Source: Nitrosopumilus sp.
GTDB taxonomy: Archaea; Thermoproteota; Nitrososphaeria; Nitrososphaerales; Nitrosopumilaceae
Assembly: GCA_965218785.1 (NCBI GenBank)
Contig: OZ244650.1
Span: 768,001 to 832,000 of the forward strand
Length of the DNA: 64,000 nt
Direction: 5' to 3'
Shown: positions 1 through 10,739 of the stretch, piece after piece
How the letters are laid out: every line of letters begins with the position of its first letter
Numbering within the stretch: position 1 is the stretch's first letter
Made by a program: the position numbers and the translations under genes
The notes under the pieces: model-generated
Seen by the model: the letters and a program-made list of their open reading frames with translations, nothing else
What the model was told of the DNA's origin: nothing
Databases searched by the model: none

Positions 1-1
1 T

Positions 2-637
2 CTGGAATACTATCCTGCAGACTATCTTAGATATTATCTCGTATCAATCAATCCTTATTCCCAGGACGATCTTAACTTTGATTGGAATGACTTTACTACT
101 AGGATTAATTCAGAACTGATTGGAAATCTTGGGAATTTCATAAATCGTGCCTTGGGATTTACCAAAAAATCATTTGATGGCAGAGTTCCCGAACATGATT
201 CCTTTGACGAGAAGGATTCCAATGCAGAACAGAAGATCATGACCCTTGCAGCGGATGTGGGATCACTCTTGGAGCAAAATCATCTTGACAGGGCCCTAAA
301 GAAGATAATGGAATTCTCGTCATACTTTAATCAGTATTTTCAACACAAAGAACCATGGAAGAACGGACCTGGAACTGCAAACTGTGTATTTCTTTCACTC
401 AACGCCGCTAAAAGCCTGGCAATTGTCATCTTTTCGTTTCTTCCAGAGTCTGCCCAGAAAATTTGGGAACAGCTGGGCCTGGATGGAAATGTCGATGAAT
501 CATCCTGGGATGAAATCTCCACACTTGGAATCTGCGCCGGACACGTCTTGGGGGATGTTGCCCCCTTGTTTCTCAAGGTTGAGGAGTCCGACATTGCAAA
601 ATACAAAAAACAGCTGGGTCCCTCTGAGCAGGCATGA
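2..637 (+). CDS. metG: Methionyl-tRNA synthetase, C-terminal part (gene starts before the window)
   Basis: Open frame from base 2 reads YPADYLRYYL...DLNFDWNDF...NSELIGNLGNFINR, then anticodon-binding helices (NQYFQHKEPWK, LPESAQKIWEQLG). Confidence 0.93.
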   Translation: MEYYPADYLRYYLVSINPYSQDDLNFDWNDFTTRINSELIGNLGNFINRALGFTKKSFDGRVPEHDSFDEKDSNAEQKIMTLAADVGSLLEQNHLDRALKKIMEFSSYFNQYFQHKEPWKNGPGTANCVFLSLNAAKSLAIVIFSFLPESAQKIWEQLGLDGNVDESSWDEISTLGICAGHVLGDVAPLFLKVEESDIAKYKKQLGPSEQA

Positions 638-1386
638 AACCGATTCCACGAATCTCTACTAGGGGATACTATGACAGGTCTACTGGAAAAACGATAAAAA
701 ACAATCCGTACCACCTGTATCCTAAAAAGTATTTTGAAAAACTAGCTGGCTCAAAGGAGCTCACCATAATGATTCATGGTCTGCAAAATGACAATGCCGG
801 TGCAGTAGCCAAGATCGTTTTGGCAAGAAACAGGCTGCGTAAACTGGGATATGCCCACCATGTGGTCGGTTTTAGCTATGATTCAAACACCATTGGTGCC
901 CATCTGATCACACATGCAAAACACGCACTTGCCGTAGGTCAGATAATTGCAAAGAAGAACGGACGAAACCTTGGAAGATTCATTGAGGACTTTAAAGACA
1001 CCAGTCCTGGGACAAAAATCCGCCTAATGGGTCATTCACTGGGATCGCAAGTAATTCTGAGCACCGTTGAATACCTTGCAAAAAAGAAACAAAACAAGGG
1101 CGTTGTTGAAAGCGTTTATTTTTTTGGCGCATCCATAACTGATGATGTCCCGGCTTCGAGAAAATACGGAAAGTTACTGCAAATCGTCGTTAATAAAAAG
1201 ATCATAAACTACTTTTCCCCGACAGACGAGGTTCTTTACTGGTCAAACATGGCAAACTATATCCGGGGACCGCTGGGTTTGAATGGCGCAACTGGCAGGC
1301 CCATCAGTAAATACCATCAAAGACTGGTAAGGCCGCAAAATCACAGATTTGCCAGCTATGCTCTGACATTAAACTCGTTTCCGTAG
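634..1386 (+). CDS. Alpha/beta hydrolase (DUF726/DUF900-like)
   Basis: IHG oxyanion motif, GHSLG nucleophile elbow, D-x-V-L and a C-terminal His; overlaps the metG stop (ATGA). Confidence 0.8.
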   Translation: MKPIPRISTRGYYDRSTGKTIKNNPYHLYPKKYFEKLAGSKELTIMIHGLQNDNAGAVAKIVLARNRLRKLGYAHHVVGFSYDSNTIGAHLITHAKHALAVGQIIAKKNGRNLGRFIEDFKDTSPGTKIRLMGHSLGSQVILSTVEYLAKKKQNKGVVESVYFFGASITDDVPASRKYGKLLQIVVNKKIINYFSPTDEVLYWSNMANYIRGPLGLNGATGRPISKYHQRLVRPQNHRFASYALTLNSFP

Positions 1387-1939
1387 ATCATATTCATCTC
1401 TGCTGATCCTAGATGATTCGTACACTAGTCTTTTATATGATAATTAAATTCACACCTTATGAAAGCACAGACCTCATCACGAAAATCCATACTGTACCAC
1501 CTCCACGTATTAGATGAGGTCTCTGAGAACTCTGCTGATCTTTCTGAATACCCGTGCTGAGATTCACTTTATGGGTTTTACCTGATGCCTGCACTCCTCT
1601 ACAGTATTCAAATAAGGGGGGTGGGGTCTTTTGGAAGGTAAATTAATTTAACATTTGGATTTTTTCTTAAAAATTCCCTGAGAACTTTTGCGCGATGCTG
1701 TGGTGCCCTATCAAAATTACTGCAGCCTTGTCCCGTTTTCTTTTTAATTTCTTGAGATACGACATGTGTATCTGTATTAAATTTCCAATATGCTCTAAAA
1801 AACCGTCTTCCATTTTTTGTGATGGAGCCATAATGATGATTCTCTGATGAGAAGATGCAAAAAAGATGTCATTCTAGGCATGAATTTGTAAAAATATGAT
1901 CGATTTTACTCAAAACATATCTGGAGAGACAATTTGAAT

Positions 1940-2390
1940 TTATAACATCGACCCCAAAATGCTTCTTGCAGTAGTTAGAAGAGCGTCAGCATCACCTATT
2001 AATCCAACAGTGTCTTGTCTACCAATCAATCCAACTTGATCATAAACTGCATTATTTCTATTTTGACGTGCCTTACCAAATGCCGTTAAAACATTGCCAG
2101 GAATCAGTCCTTTGAATTCTGATTTTAAATACTGCTCCACTGTCCAATGATGAGAACCAGAGGATCTTTTTGGTCTATACCCATGAGAATACATTAATGC
2201 CGTGCCCGTCTGGAGCAATACATTAGGCCTGAGCATAAGCCCATTCTATAGATCTGGCATTTTTTCCATTTATAGAAGATCTTGCCACATCAAGATCTGC
2301 CACTGCAATTGAAATTTTTTGCTTGATTTGATCAGATGAAGCAGTAAATGATTCAATTAGATTTTCATCCAACAGTTTTTGTAAATCCAT
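1940..2390 (-). pseudogene. HEPN-domain toxin, frameshifted
   Basis: ATG at 2390 gives MDLQKLLDENLI...EWAYAQA then TAA (2223-2225). A second frame continues NVLLQTGTALMYSHGYRP...HHWTV...RQNRNNAVYD. Restoring 2 nt gives the HEPN-like WAYAQAYN...GYRP...H...R-x-x-R-N-x-x-x-Y pattern. Confidence 0.75.
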
Positions 2391-3351
2391 CCCTGTCTCC
2401 TTTTATCATGATTACTTTATTCTTCTGGATATTATCGAGTAATGAAATTTTTTGCTTAATTTTTTCTTTGAATTCTTTCTCTGTCCATAACACAAAATTA
2501 ATCTCTCTGCCAATTTTACTTTCCAATTCTGAGACTGAATGTAATATGGAATTTCTATCCACATCTCCTATTATTAACAAATCCATATCACTTGTTTCAG
2601 TTTCTGTCCCTCTAGCAAATGAGCCATAAATTAACGCATATTTTATATTCAATTTTTCAAATTCTTTAGATATTATTTCATCAGTTAATTCAAATTTCAA
2701 AAAAATTCTTTTTAGGTCTTCAAAAATAACAGAATCTATGTTAATTTTGTAATATGTAATATGACCCCGACCTGATTTTATAACCAGGTTTAATGGACGG
2801 ATTTTATCTAATTCTCTTAATGCAGTTGATGATGAAATTCCGGCTTGGTCAGCTAGTTCACGCAGATAATAATCCCGAGTCTGATTCAAAAATAAAAGTT
2901 TTAGAATTTGTACGAGTGCTTTTGATCTAAACAATACTTCAAGTGAGCTCTTTTTTTTAGAAATTGGTTTTTCTGTTTTTGGAGATTTGAAAACACCATT
3001 TTTTACAGATTCTAATGCTTTTGTCAACTCTGGTCTTGTTATTTCTCTTACATCTTGATCAATTGAGATTAGACCTATTCCAAGACTTTTACATACAGAA
3101 TGTGTCTTTTCAGTTATGATGTCATCCGGAACAGCAAGATATGCATAGTTTGCAGCGTTTTTAAAGTGTAGTACTTTTTTTATTCCATTATCAAAATCCG
3201 CTCTTTTACTCTTTACTTCTACTATTGCCAATTTACCATCTTTTTCAACTATAAAATCAGGCCGGAATCCACGAATTTTGTTAGGAGAATGAAATTTCCA
3301 TCCTTCTTTTTTGAAATACTCTTCCACCCGTTCTACACAATATGATTCCAT
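2365..3351 (-). CDS. Minimal nucleotidyltransferase (MNT) antitoxin with N-terminal PD-(D/E)XK-like and winged-HTH domains
   Basis: C-terminal YGSFARG...SDMDLLIIG (MNT); middle YYLRELADQAGISSSTALREL (HTH); N-terminal RPDFIVE...IVEVKS. Confidence 0.82.
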   Translation of the reverse strand: MESYCVERVEEYFKKEGWKFHSPNKIRGFRPDFIVEKDGKLAIVEVKSKRADFDNGIKKVLHFKNAANYAYLAVPDDIITEKTHSVCKSLGIGLISIDQDVREITRPELTKALESVKNGVFKSPKTEKPISKKKSSLEVLFRSKALVQILKLLFLNQTRDYYLRELADQAGISSSTALRELDKIRPLNLVIKSGRGHITYYKINIDSVIFEDLKRIFLKFELTDEIISKEFEKLNIKYALIYGSFARGTETETSDMDLLIIGDVDRNSILHSVSELESKIGREINFVLWTEKEFKEKIKQKISLLDNIQKNKVIMIKGDRDGFTKTVG

Positions 3352-4083
3352 TACTTTAAACCCCTATTTCCTGTAGTGAAACAATCATTAGCTAATAGGA
3401 AATACTACTTTTGAGTATTTAAGATTTATGCGATCTAATGTAAAATTTGCGTTTGTAATCAAAAGTTCAGATTATGTGCCTTTGATCAACCCATCTCACG
3501 ATGGATCCGGTAGTCTGCTGTGAAACATGCCCTACGTGTGTACACAATACTCATCAACATCAACAGGTCTGCAAGTCAAGTGTGTTCATTGCATGTCCCG
3601 AGAAAAACCCAGAGTTTGTAAATAATAGGGACATGAAAAACATGAATGCTCTGACTGATCTGCCTGTGCTGGTGGCACGGGGTCTGACTGCCTTTACACT
3701 TGTATCTGTTCAGTACCTCACTCCCCTTGGCGAATCTGCTCTCAAAACAGATTCAAAATTCAAGTATGCCTTTGGCCGAGCATTTTGGATTGGAACTGCC
3801 TTTTGAGCAGCATATATCGGTACGGATCACAAAATCACTGGCATGACATGGTCTGAGTAATACCATCTTGTTACATTTATTCACTGATTTTCCATCCCTC
3901 CTTTCTTAATCCTATATGCAATCATTTCATGTTTGTCGATTTCCAGATTATCCAGTAACTGTATCATGAGAAAGAACTGAGCGTGATATTTTGAATGTCT
4001 CGTCGATGACACGCCATCAGTGTATGATTTCTAATGCCAAAATTTATGATAAATTCTTATGAACGATCTTTTATTCAAAATTA

Positions 4084-5004
4084 TTGGTCGAATCTGTAAA
4101 CTTTGTAGTCCTGGGCAAGCAAGAGATTGCATCTGAATTCGGAAAAAAGGGAACGGCCACTGATCTATCTCTTTATGATAGAAAAGAATCCGATATTATC
4201 AAGACATGGGTGACTCCAAGCGGGTTTCCTGATAAGATACAGCCCTTGTTTCAGGCAATCAATCTGGCAGAATACGTGGTATTACATGTGGATAAGCTAG
4301 ACAAGTTTACAGGCGAACAGATCATCGCACTTGATTCGTTAAAAAAAGAAAAGGGAATCATCTCCCACACCTTTGATGTGGATGAATCAAAACTGGATGC
4401 AATGATCAAGGGAACAGTAGTTGAGAAATATCTCAAAGTTGATCAAGACAAAATCAAGGAGGCCATGGATAAACTTGAACCGGTATCACATGACGGTTCT
4501 TCTGAAATGGTAGTCGATCACTGTTTTGATGTCAAGGGCGTTGGAACTGTGATTTTGGGCAAAGTAACTAGCGGAAAAATAAAACAGTATGACAATCTAA
4601 AACTCTATCCTGCGGGAATCGACATCCTCATAAAATCAATCCAGATGCATGATGATCCAGTAAGTGAATCTGTCTGCCCTGCAAGGGTTGGACTGGCAGT
4701 AAAGGGGGCAAAACCTGATGATGTGAACCGTGGAGATATAATTTCTGCAGAAAATACAGTTGATGTCAGGACTGAAATCGAACTTGATTTTCAAAAGAGC
4801 CCCTTTTACAAGAATGATATCGCAGGGAATCAGGGGTGTCTTGTCAGCATTGGATTGCAAATCAAGGCTGCAAAATTCGAATCAGTCTCCCCTCTGAGAC
4901 TGGTATTTGAAAAACCAGTCGTATGCAAGAAAGGCCAGATTGCCGTAATTTTAAAACCAGAATCGACTAGCATTAGAATTCTTGGCAGCGGCACAATTCA
5001 ATAG
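4084..5004 (+). CDS. SelB/EF-Tu-like translation factor with domain II and a degenerate G domain
   Basis: VDHCFDVKGVGTVILG and IKSIQMHD...RVGLAVKG...RGDII are EF-Tu domain II motifs; no intact GxxxxGKT P-loop. Confidence 0.8.
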   Translation: MVESVNFVVLGKQEIASEFGKKGTATDLSLYDRKESDIIKTWVTPSGFPDKIQPLFQAINLAEYVVLHVDKLDKFTGEQIIALDSLKKEKGIISHTFDVDESKLDAMIKGTVVEKYLKVDQDKIKEAMDKLEPVSHDGSSEMVVDHCFDVKGVGTVILGKVTSGKIKQYDNLKLYPAGIDILIKSIQMHDDPVSESVCPARVGLAVKGAKPDDVNRGDIISAENTVDVRTEIELDFQKSPFYKNDIAGNQGCLVSIGLQIKAAKFESVSPLRLVFEKPVVCKKGQIAVILKPESTSIRILGSGTIQ

Positions 5005-5040
5005 ACTGGTTTAATAAAATCAAATATAATTTCCTAATAC

Positions 5041-5160
5041 ATGGAACCAGTACGTGCATGCCCCATATGTCCAAACTGCGGCTCCAAGAGATTTACTAGG
5101 CTGCCTGGTGATAAAGTCACTGTAAAATGCCGTTCATGTGATAAAATAATCAAGATCTAA
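5041..5160 (+). CDS. 39-aa zinc-ribbon microprotein
   Basis: MEPVRACPICPNCGSKRFTRLPGDKVTVKCRSCDKIIKI: CPxCG plus CxxC; fills the gap before ilvC; below the ORF-track cutoff. Confidence 0.7.
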   Translation: MEPVRACPICPNCGSKRFTRLPGDKVTVKCRSCDKIIKI

Positions 5161-5198
5161 ATTTCATGGTTAATATTTGCTGTATTACTGCCAAAATC

Positions 5199-6197
5199 AT
5201 GGCAAAAACATGGAAAGATGATGATATCAGTCTTGATCCAATCAAGGATCAGATAATTGCTGTAATTGGTTATGGAATACAAGGTGATGCACAGGCCAAC
5301 AACATGAAAGACTCTGGTCTCAACGTGATAATAGGTCTTAAAGAGGGCGGCAACAGCTGGAAAAAGGCAGAAGCTGACGGCCACAAAGTAATGTCAGTTG
5401 CCGATGCTACAAAACAGGCCGACATTATTCACATACTGATTCCAGACATGATTCAGGGCCAGGTGTATGGGGATGAAATCAGACCAAATCTTTCAGAGGG
5501 AAACGCATTATCGTTTTCTCATGCAGCGGCAATCTATTGGAAATGGATTGAGGCGCCAGAGAACGTTGATTTAATCATGGCTGCTCCAAAGGGACCTGGT
5601 TCCAAAGTTAGAGAGACATATCTTAACAATTTTGGAACCCCATCCATAGTTGCAGTCGAACAGGACTTTACAGGAAAGGCATGGGATAGAACGTTGGGAC
5701 TTGCAAAAGCAATCGGAAGTGCAAGAGCCGGACTGATTCAAACCACTTTCAAAGAGGAGGTGGAGACTGACTGGTTTGGCGAACAGGCAGATCTTTGCGG
5801 CGGTGCGGCCTCGATGGTGACAAATGCGTTTGAAACCCTGGTTGAAGCAGGATACCAGCCGGAAATAGCATACTTTGAGGTTTTACATGAACTCAAGCTC
5901 ATCGTAGATATGATTCAGAGATACGGGATTAACGGAATGTGGAGACGTGTTAGCGAAACTGCCAGATACGGCGGCCTGACTCGCGGACCGATGGTTATGG
6001 ATTCTACAAACAAGGCAAACATGAAAAAGGTTCTTACCATGATTCAAGACGGCACATTCAACAAAGAATGGGTCTCTGAATACCAGAAAAGCGGCAAGGA
6101 TGCATTTGATAAATACATCAAACAGTATGACGAACACCAGATTGAAAAGGTCGGTAAGGAAATGCGCAAAATGATGTGGCCTGATTCCACAGAATAG
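5199..6197 (+). CDS. ilvC: Ketol-acid reductoisomerase
   Basis: IGYGIQGDAQANNMKDSG, APKGPG, ETDWFGEQADLCGG, AYFEVLHE, SETARYG. Confidence 0.97.
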   Translation: MAKTWKDDDISLDPIKDQIIAVIGYGIQGDAQANNMKDSGLNVIIGLKEGGNSWKKAEADGHKVMSVADATKQADIIHILIPDMIQGQVYGDEIRPNLSEGNALSFSHAAAIYWKWIEAPENVDLIMAAPKGPGSKVRETYLNNFGTPSIVAVEQDFTGKAWDRTLGLAKAIGSARAGLIQTTFKEEVETDWFGEQADLCGGAASMVTNAFETLVEAGYQPEIAYFEVLHELKLIVDMIQRYGINGMWRRVSETARYGGLTRGPMVMDSTNKANMKKVLTMIQDGTFNKEWVSEYQKSGKDAFDKYIKQYDEHQIEKVGKEMRKMMWPDSTE

Positions 6198-6357
6198 TGT
6201 TGTTAAAAACCCCGGATCTTTTTTATTTACCGTGACCAGAAAAAGGCAAAAGCAAACTGTAGATGGGCAAACTGACAGTCTCAATCCTGAGAAAAACCCA
6301 CGAATCTCAAAGAACCATCTGATAACTCTGATTTAATCCACAACATGAATCCTCTTT

Positions 6358-6783
6358 TCACATCTTTCTTAATTTGGAAACGCCGGTATTGATGTGATCA
6401 ATAATTGTCTGCAACGGCGTACCCGGACCAAACACGTGATCCACTCCTGCCTTGATCAAATCACTGTGGTCTATCTCCGGAATCACGCCTCCTCCAACTA
6501 CTAGTACGTCATTGAGCCCCTTCTTTTTTACCGCCTTGACTACTCTTGGAAACAACGTTCCATGTGCCCCGTTTAGCAAACTCATTGCAACTGCATCAAC
6601 GTCTTCGTCCTCTGCAATCTGTGCCACCCTTTCTGGTGTTGCAAAAAGTCCCGAATAAATCACCTCCATCCCTGCATCCCTAAATGCCCTGCACAGCACC
6701 AGCGCCCCCCTGTCATGACCGTCTAATCCCAGCTTGGCGACAAGAATTTTGACGCTTCGTGATGGTGCAGGTTTTTGTTTCAT
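6358..6783 (-). CDS. Methylmalonyl-CoA mutase small, cobalamin-binding subunit
   Basis: KLGLDGHDRG (DxHxxG B12-binding motif), SLLNGAH, GGGVIP, FGPGT. Confidence 0.93.
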   Translation of the reverse strand: MKQKPAPSRSVKILVAKLGLDGHDRGALVLCRAFRDAGMEVIYSGLFATPERVAQIAEDEDVDAVAMSLLNGAHGTLFPRVVKAVKKKGLNDVLVVGGGVIPEIDHSDLIKAGVDHVFGPGTPLQTIIDHINTGVSKLRKM

Positions 6784-6879
6784 AATACCATAATTATCCC
6801 GTATATTTTAAAGGCTTTTTCTATTTCTTGGTTTTGCCTTTGGAAAATCTACTTAAGGCGTCTTTGATGTGCCTATAAC

Positions 6880-9372
6880 GTGGATGTTACTCCGATTAAT
6901 TATGACCTGGTCTTCAAGCCAGATCTCAAGGGATTCACGTTTGAGGGAACCGAATCTGTTTTGGCAAACTGCAAAAAGTCCACCAATAAGATAACGATGA
7001 ACTGTGCCGAACTTGAAATAAAATCATGCCAGGTGACCTCTCGTAATACAATCATCAAATCCACCCATAAAACAAACGAAAAGAAGGAAGAATTGGAAAT
7101 CACGCTGGGTGAAAAAATCAGGGGCAGAATCATCATACATCTGGAATTTCAGGGAATCCTAAATGACAGACTGCTTGGATTTTACCGCAGCCAGTACAAG
7201 CAGGGTAAAAAAACAAAATATCTTGCCACGACGCAGTTTGAAGCAGCAGATGCAAGACGGGCGTTTCCTTGCTGGGACGAACCAGCGGCGAAAGCAACGT
7301 TTGTAATTTCAATAATTGCCGATAACAAGTTTACTGCCATCTCCAACATGCCAGTCCAATCAAAGAAAAAAACTGGAAACAAAACAACCTACAAATTCAG
7401 AAAAACCCCGATCGTCTCAACGTACCTGATCTATCTTGGTGTCGGCGAATTTGAATATCTTACCGGAAAGATAGGTAAAACACAGATTAGGGTTGTAACA
7501 ACGAAGGGAAATAAATCCAAGGGCCGATTCTCACTGGAACTTGGAAAAAAACTTCTTGCATCATATGAAAAATATTTCGGAATAAGATACCCGCTGCCAA
7601 AGCTTGACCTGATTGCGGTTCCTGATTTTGCGGCAGGCGCCATGGAGAACTGGGGTGCGATAACTTTCAGGGAGACAATCCTGCTTTATGATCCAAAAAC
7701 GTCTTCTACTAGGACCAAGCAGTTCATAGCCGAAGTAATCTCACATGAAATAGCACATCAGTGGTTTGGAAATCTGGTTACCATGAAGTGGTGGAATGAC
7801 CTGTGGTTAAATGAAAGCTTTGCAACTTTTATGGCGACTAAATTCGTTGACAAATTCTATCCCCAATGGGATCTGTGGAACCAGTTCGTCGATGATGCGA
7901 TGAATACTGCAATGGGACTTGATTCCTTAAAGACGACCCATCCAATCGACGTCAAGGTAAACTCTCCTGCGGAAATCAGGGAAATCTTTGATGCAATCTC
8001 ATATGACAAGGGGGGATGCGTGCTAAGGATGCTTGAACACTATGTGGGCGAGCCTAACTTTAGAAGGGGCCTGAAAAAATACCTATCTGATTTCAAATAC
8101 GGCAATGCCCAGGGATCTGACTTGTGGAATGCCATCGGCAAGGCATCAAAAATGCCTGTCACATCCATGATAAACACGTGGCTCAAACAACCCGGGTTCC
8201 CGCTAGTTGAGATTCATCAGGATGGCAGCACGCTAAAACTTGAACAAAAAAGATACCTGCATGAACCTGATAAGAAATTCAGCAGGGGGCTGTGGTCCAT
8301 ACCGCTGTCACTGGGTCTGGAAAACGAGATTTATAAAAAATTATTCTCCAAAAAGTCAATGTCTGTAAAACTGCCAAAAAACACGGTGGGCTTTGTTGCA
8401 AACTATGGCAGAAAGGGATTCTACCGTGTAAAATATGATCAGGGAATCCTGCTTGATCTAAAGATGCTAGTGGATCAAAAACGCATTCAGGCCATTGACA
8501 GATGGGCAGTACAAAACGACCTGTTCTCCCTCTGTCTTTCCGGGGATGAAAAAGTCAGGACGTATCTTGATTTTTCAGACGCGTATTTTGATGAGGATAG
8601 TTATCTTGCATCAGTCAACGTGGCACATAATTTGACTTCGCTGTATTTTCGTGCCTTTAATGAGGAATTCGTCGGTGAGATCCGCGATTATGCGGTAAAT
8701 TATCTTGGAAGAATTTTATCTGACCTGGGATGGGAGCCTAAAAAATCAGACAAGCACACTGATGCGTTACTGCGCTCCTTTGTAATCGCTGCATTGGGAA
8801 GGATGGATGACGAGGCAGTCACCGCGAAGGCGCTCCGCCTATATTCCAAATTCTTAAAATCCCCCAATTCCCTGTCACCTGACCTGGTAGAGCCGATCTG
8901 CTCAATTGCAGCATGGAATGGCAATGCCAGAACACATTCCGAGTTGAGCAGACTGTACAAAAATGCAAAAACCATGGAGGAAAAACTTCGTTTTCTGGGA
9001 GCCATGTGCGGATTTAAAGACAAAAAACTCCTCATAAAATCACTGGACTTTTCTCGGACTCCTGATGTCCGTTCACAAAACATGCAACTGCCGATAATGA
9101 GAGTTGCCGCAAATCCTTATGGTAAGAAAATATTGTGGCCGTGGTTAAAGAAGAATTGGAAGAGACTAAACGGCAAAGTCGGACATGGAAACCCGCTGTT
9201 TAACAGGATCGTAGCGAGCATATCTCTGGTATCTGATGACTCCATGGAAAAAGAGATCAAGGAATTCTTCAAAAGCAATCCCACCCCTGGAACAGAACGC
9301 ACCCAGACCCAAACCCTTGAGCGAATACGAATAAATTCAAGACTGCTTAGATCCATGAGAAAAGAGTTCTGA
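6880..9372 (+). CDS. M1 family aminopeptidase with ERAP1-like C-terminal domain
   Basis: GAMENWG, HEIAHQWFGN...WLNESFA (HExxH-x18-E), TQFEAADARRAFPCWDEP. Confidence 0.96.
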   Translation: MDVTPINYDLVFKPDLKGFTFEGTESVLANCKKSTNKITMNCAELEIKSCQVTSRNTIIKSTHKTNEKKEELEITLGEKIRGRIIIHLEFQGILNDRLLGFYRSQYKQGKKTKYLATTQFEAADARRAFPCWDEPAAKATFVISIIADNKFTAISNMPVQSKKKTGNKTTYKFRKTPIVSTYLIYLGVGEFEYLTGKIGKTQIRVVTTKGNKSKGRFSLELGKKLLASYEKYFGIRYPLPKLDLIAVPDFAAGAMENWGAITFRETILLYDPKTSSTRTKQFIAEVISHEIAHQWFGNLVTMKWWNDLWLNESFATFMATKFVDKFYPQWDLWNQFVDDAMNTAMGLDSLKTTHPIDVKVNSPAEIREIFDAISYDKGGCVLRMLEHYVGEPNFRRGLKKYLSDFKYGNAQGSDLWNAIGKASKMPVTSMINTWLKQPGFPLVEIHQDGSTLKLEQKRYLHEPDKKFSRGLWSIPLSLGLENEIYKKLFSKKSMSVKLPKNTVGFVANYGRKGFYRVKYDQGILLDLKMLVDQKRIQAIDRWAVQNDLFSLCLSGDEKVRTYLDFSDAYFDEDSYLASVNVAHNLTSLYFRAFNEEFVGEIRDYAVNYLGRILSDLGWEPKKSDKHTDALLRSFVIAALGRMDDEAVTAKALRLYSKFLKSPNSLSPDLVEPICSIAAWNGNARTHSELSRLYKNAKTMEEKLRFLGAMCGFKDKKLLIKSLDFSRTPDVRSQNMQLPIMRVAANPYGKKILWPWLKKNWKRLNGKVGHGNPLFNRIVASISLVSDDSMEKEIKEFFKSNPTPGTERTQTQTLERIRINSRLLRSMRKEF

Positions 9373-9373
9373 T

Positions 9374-9778
9374 ATGGCTAGAAGATTTACCGCCCCGATC
9401 TTTCTTGGACTAATCACCGTTCTTGCGCTGGTTTTTCTGACTAGTGGAACTGCCGACAAGGATGTTCTTCGTCAAACGTTTCAAGTCGAGGCAGTCTACC
9501 ATGATTCTGGAAATGTCGAGATCTCATATCTGGACAAGTCAGGTAAAACGGATTCTGTTGTTTTGGAAGTTCTTGGAATGGCAGAATCCTATCAAAAAAC
9601 GTTTTCTGGTTCCGAGTTTGTAGAAACGGTGCCATTTCCAACCCAATCAAAATTTGGCTGGTCTGTCAATCCTGTGGTTTTTGAAATTGAACATGAAGAA
9701 CTAGGCCACATTCAACTAAAAACCGAAATTCATTCCCCTGATGAACCCGCCCCACGTGTGATCTATTCCCGGCCATAG
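9374..9778 (+). CDS. Hypothetical secreted or membrane-anchored protein
   Basis: N-terminal hydrophobic segment; 1-bp gap after the aminopeptidase. Confidence 0.7.
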   Translation: MARRFTAPIFLGLITVLALVFLTSGTADKDVLRQTFQVEAVYHDSGNVEISYLDKSGKTDSVVLEVLGMAESYQKTFSGSEFVETVPFPTQSKFGWSVNPVVFEIEHEELGHIQLKTEIHSPDEPAPRVIYSRP

Positions 9779-9821
9779 ACCAGAACACAAGATTTTATTG
9801 CACCTCTAAAACATCACAGTT

Positions 9822-10739
9822 ATGGGCTTGCTTGAGGATCTCAAAAAGGGAAAACGCGGGGCGATTGCAAAGGCGATAACCATAATTGAAAATGATCCAC
9901 GGGAGGCAAAAAAGATACTAGGGAAGATCTTCCCGCACACTGGAAACTCCATTGTTATTGGCATTACCGGTCCTGCCGGCGCCGGAAAAAGCTCCCTTAT
10001 TGACAAAACCACCATCATTTTGAAGAAACTTGGTACAAAGCCTGCTGTCTTGGCAGTTGATCCTACCAGTCATGTTACCGGCGGTGCCATACTAGGTGAC
10101 AGGGTTCGAATGACTGATTCTACGGATTCAGGAACATACATCCGAAGTATCGCATCAAGGGGGGCTACTGGTGCAATATCTAATTCGCTGCGAAACAGCA
10201 TTCGCATCCTGGAATATTCCGGATTCAATCCGATTATTATTGAAAGTGTCGGGGCAGGACAGACTGAAATTGATATTTCAAATATTGCAGACATTACAGT
10301 GGTGGTCTTTAATCCTAATACGGGTGATAGCATACAGACGATCAAGGCAGGTCTGACGGAAATTGGAGATATTTACATTATAAACAAGAGTGACCTTGCT
10401 GGAACAAACCAACTCTTTGATGCCGTAATGAGCTTTATTGGAGATTCACAACGAAAACCTGCAATCCTCAAGACGTCTGTAAAAAAGAATACCGGAATTA
10501 CGGTATTTGCAAAAACACTCAAGGAAATGATGAAATCCAAAAATAAAACCAAAAAGGAGAGAGATCATCAGCGCCTAGAGGCAGAACTAAAGGATATTGT
10601 TTTAAATAACATCCAAAAAAAGATTGATGACATGTCTGACTCTGATAAACTATTCTCAAGGTATCTCAAAAAACTGCAGTTAAAAAGTATCAATCCGTTT
10701 GAAGCCGGAGATAAAATTACAAAATCCCTGTTAAAGTGA
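9822..10739 (+). CDS. meaB: Methylmalonyl-CoA mutase-associated GTPase MeaB/ArgK
   Basis: GITGPAGAGKSS, AVDPTS...GGAILGDRVRM, ESVGAGQ, NKSD. Confidence 0.94.
   Translation: MGLLEDLKKGKRGAIAKAITIIENDPREAKKILGKIFPHTGNSIVIGITGPAGAGKSSLIDKTTIILKKLGTKPAVLAVDPTSHVTGGAILGDRVRMTDSTDSGTYIRSIASRGATGAISNSLRNSIRILEYSGFNPIIIESVGAGQTEIDISNIADITVVVFNPNTGDSIQTIKAGLTEIGDIYIINKSDLAGTNQLFDAVMSFIGDSQRKPAILKTSVKKNTGITVFAKTLKEMMKSKNKTKKERDHQRLEAELKDIVLNNIQKKIDDMSDSDKLFSRYLKKLQLKSINPFEAGDKITKSLLK

Noticed and set aside
3501-3806. 101-aa Cys-containing ORF
   Set aside because: No recognisable fold or context; the region looks like degraded intergenic DNA.
4084-5004. SelB-like gene as evidence of selenocysteine recoding linked to the odd tRNA
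   Set aside because: The protein lacks a GTPase P-loop, and the tRNA has a 7/5 fold with a GTC anticodon rather than the 9/4 fold and TCA anticodon of archaeal tRNA-Sec.
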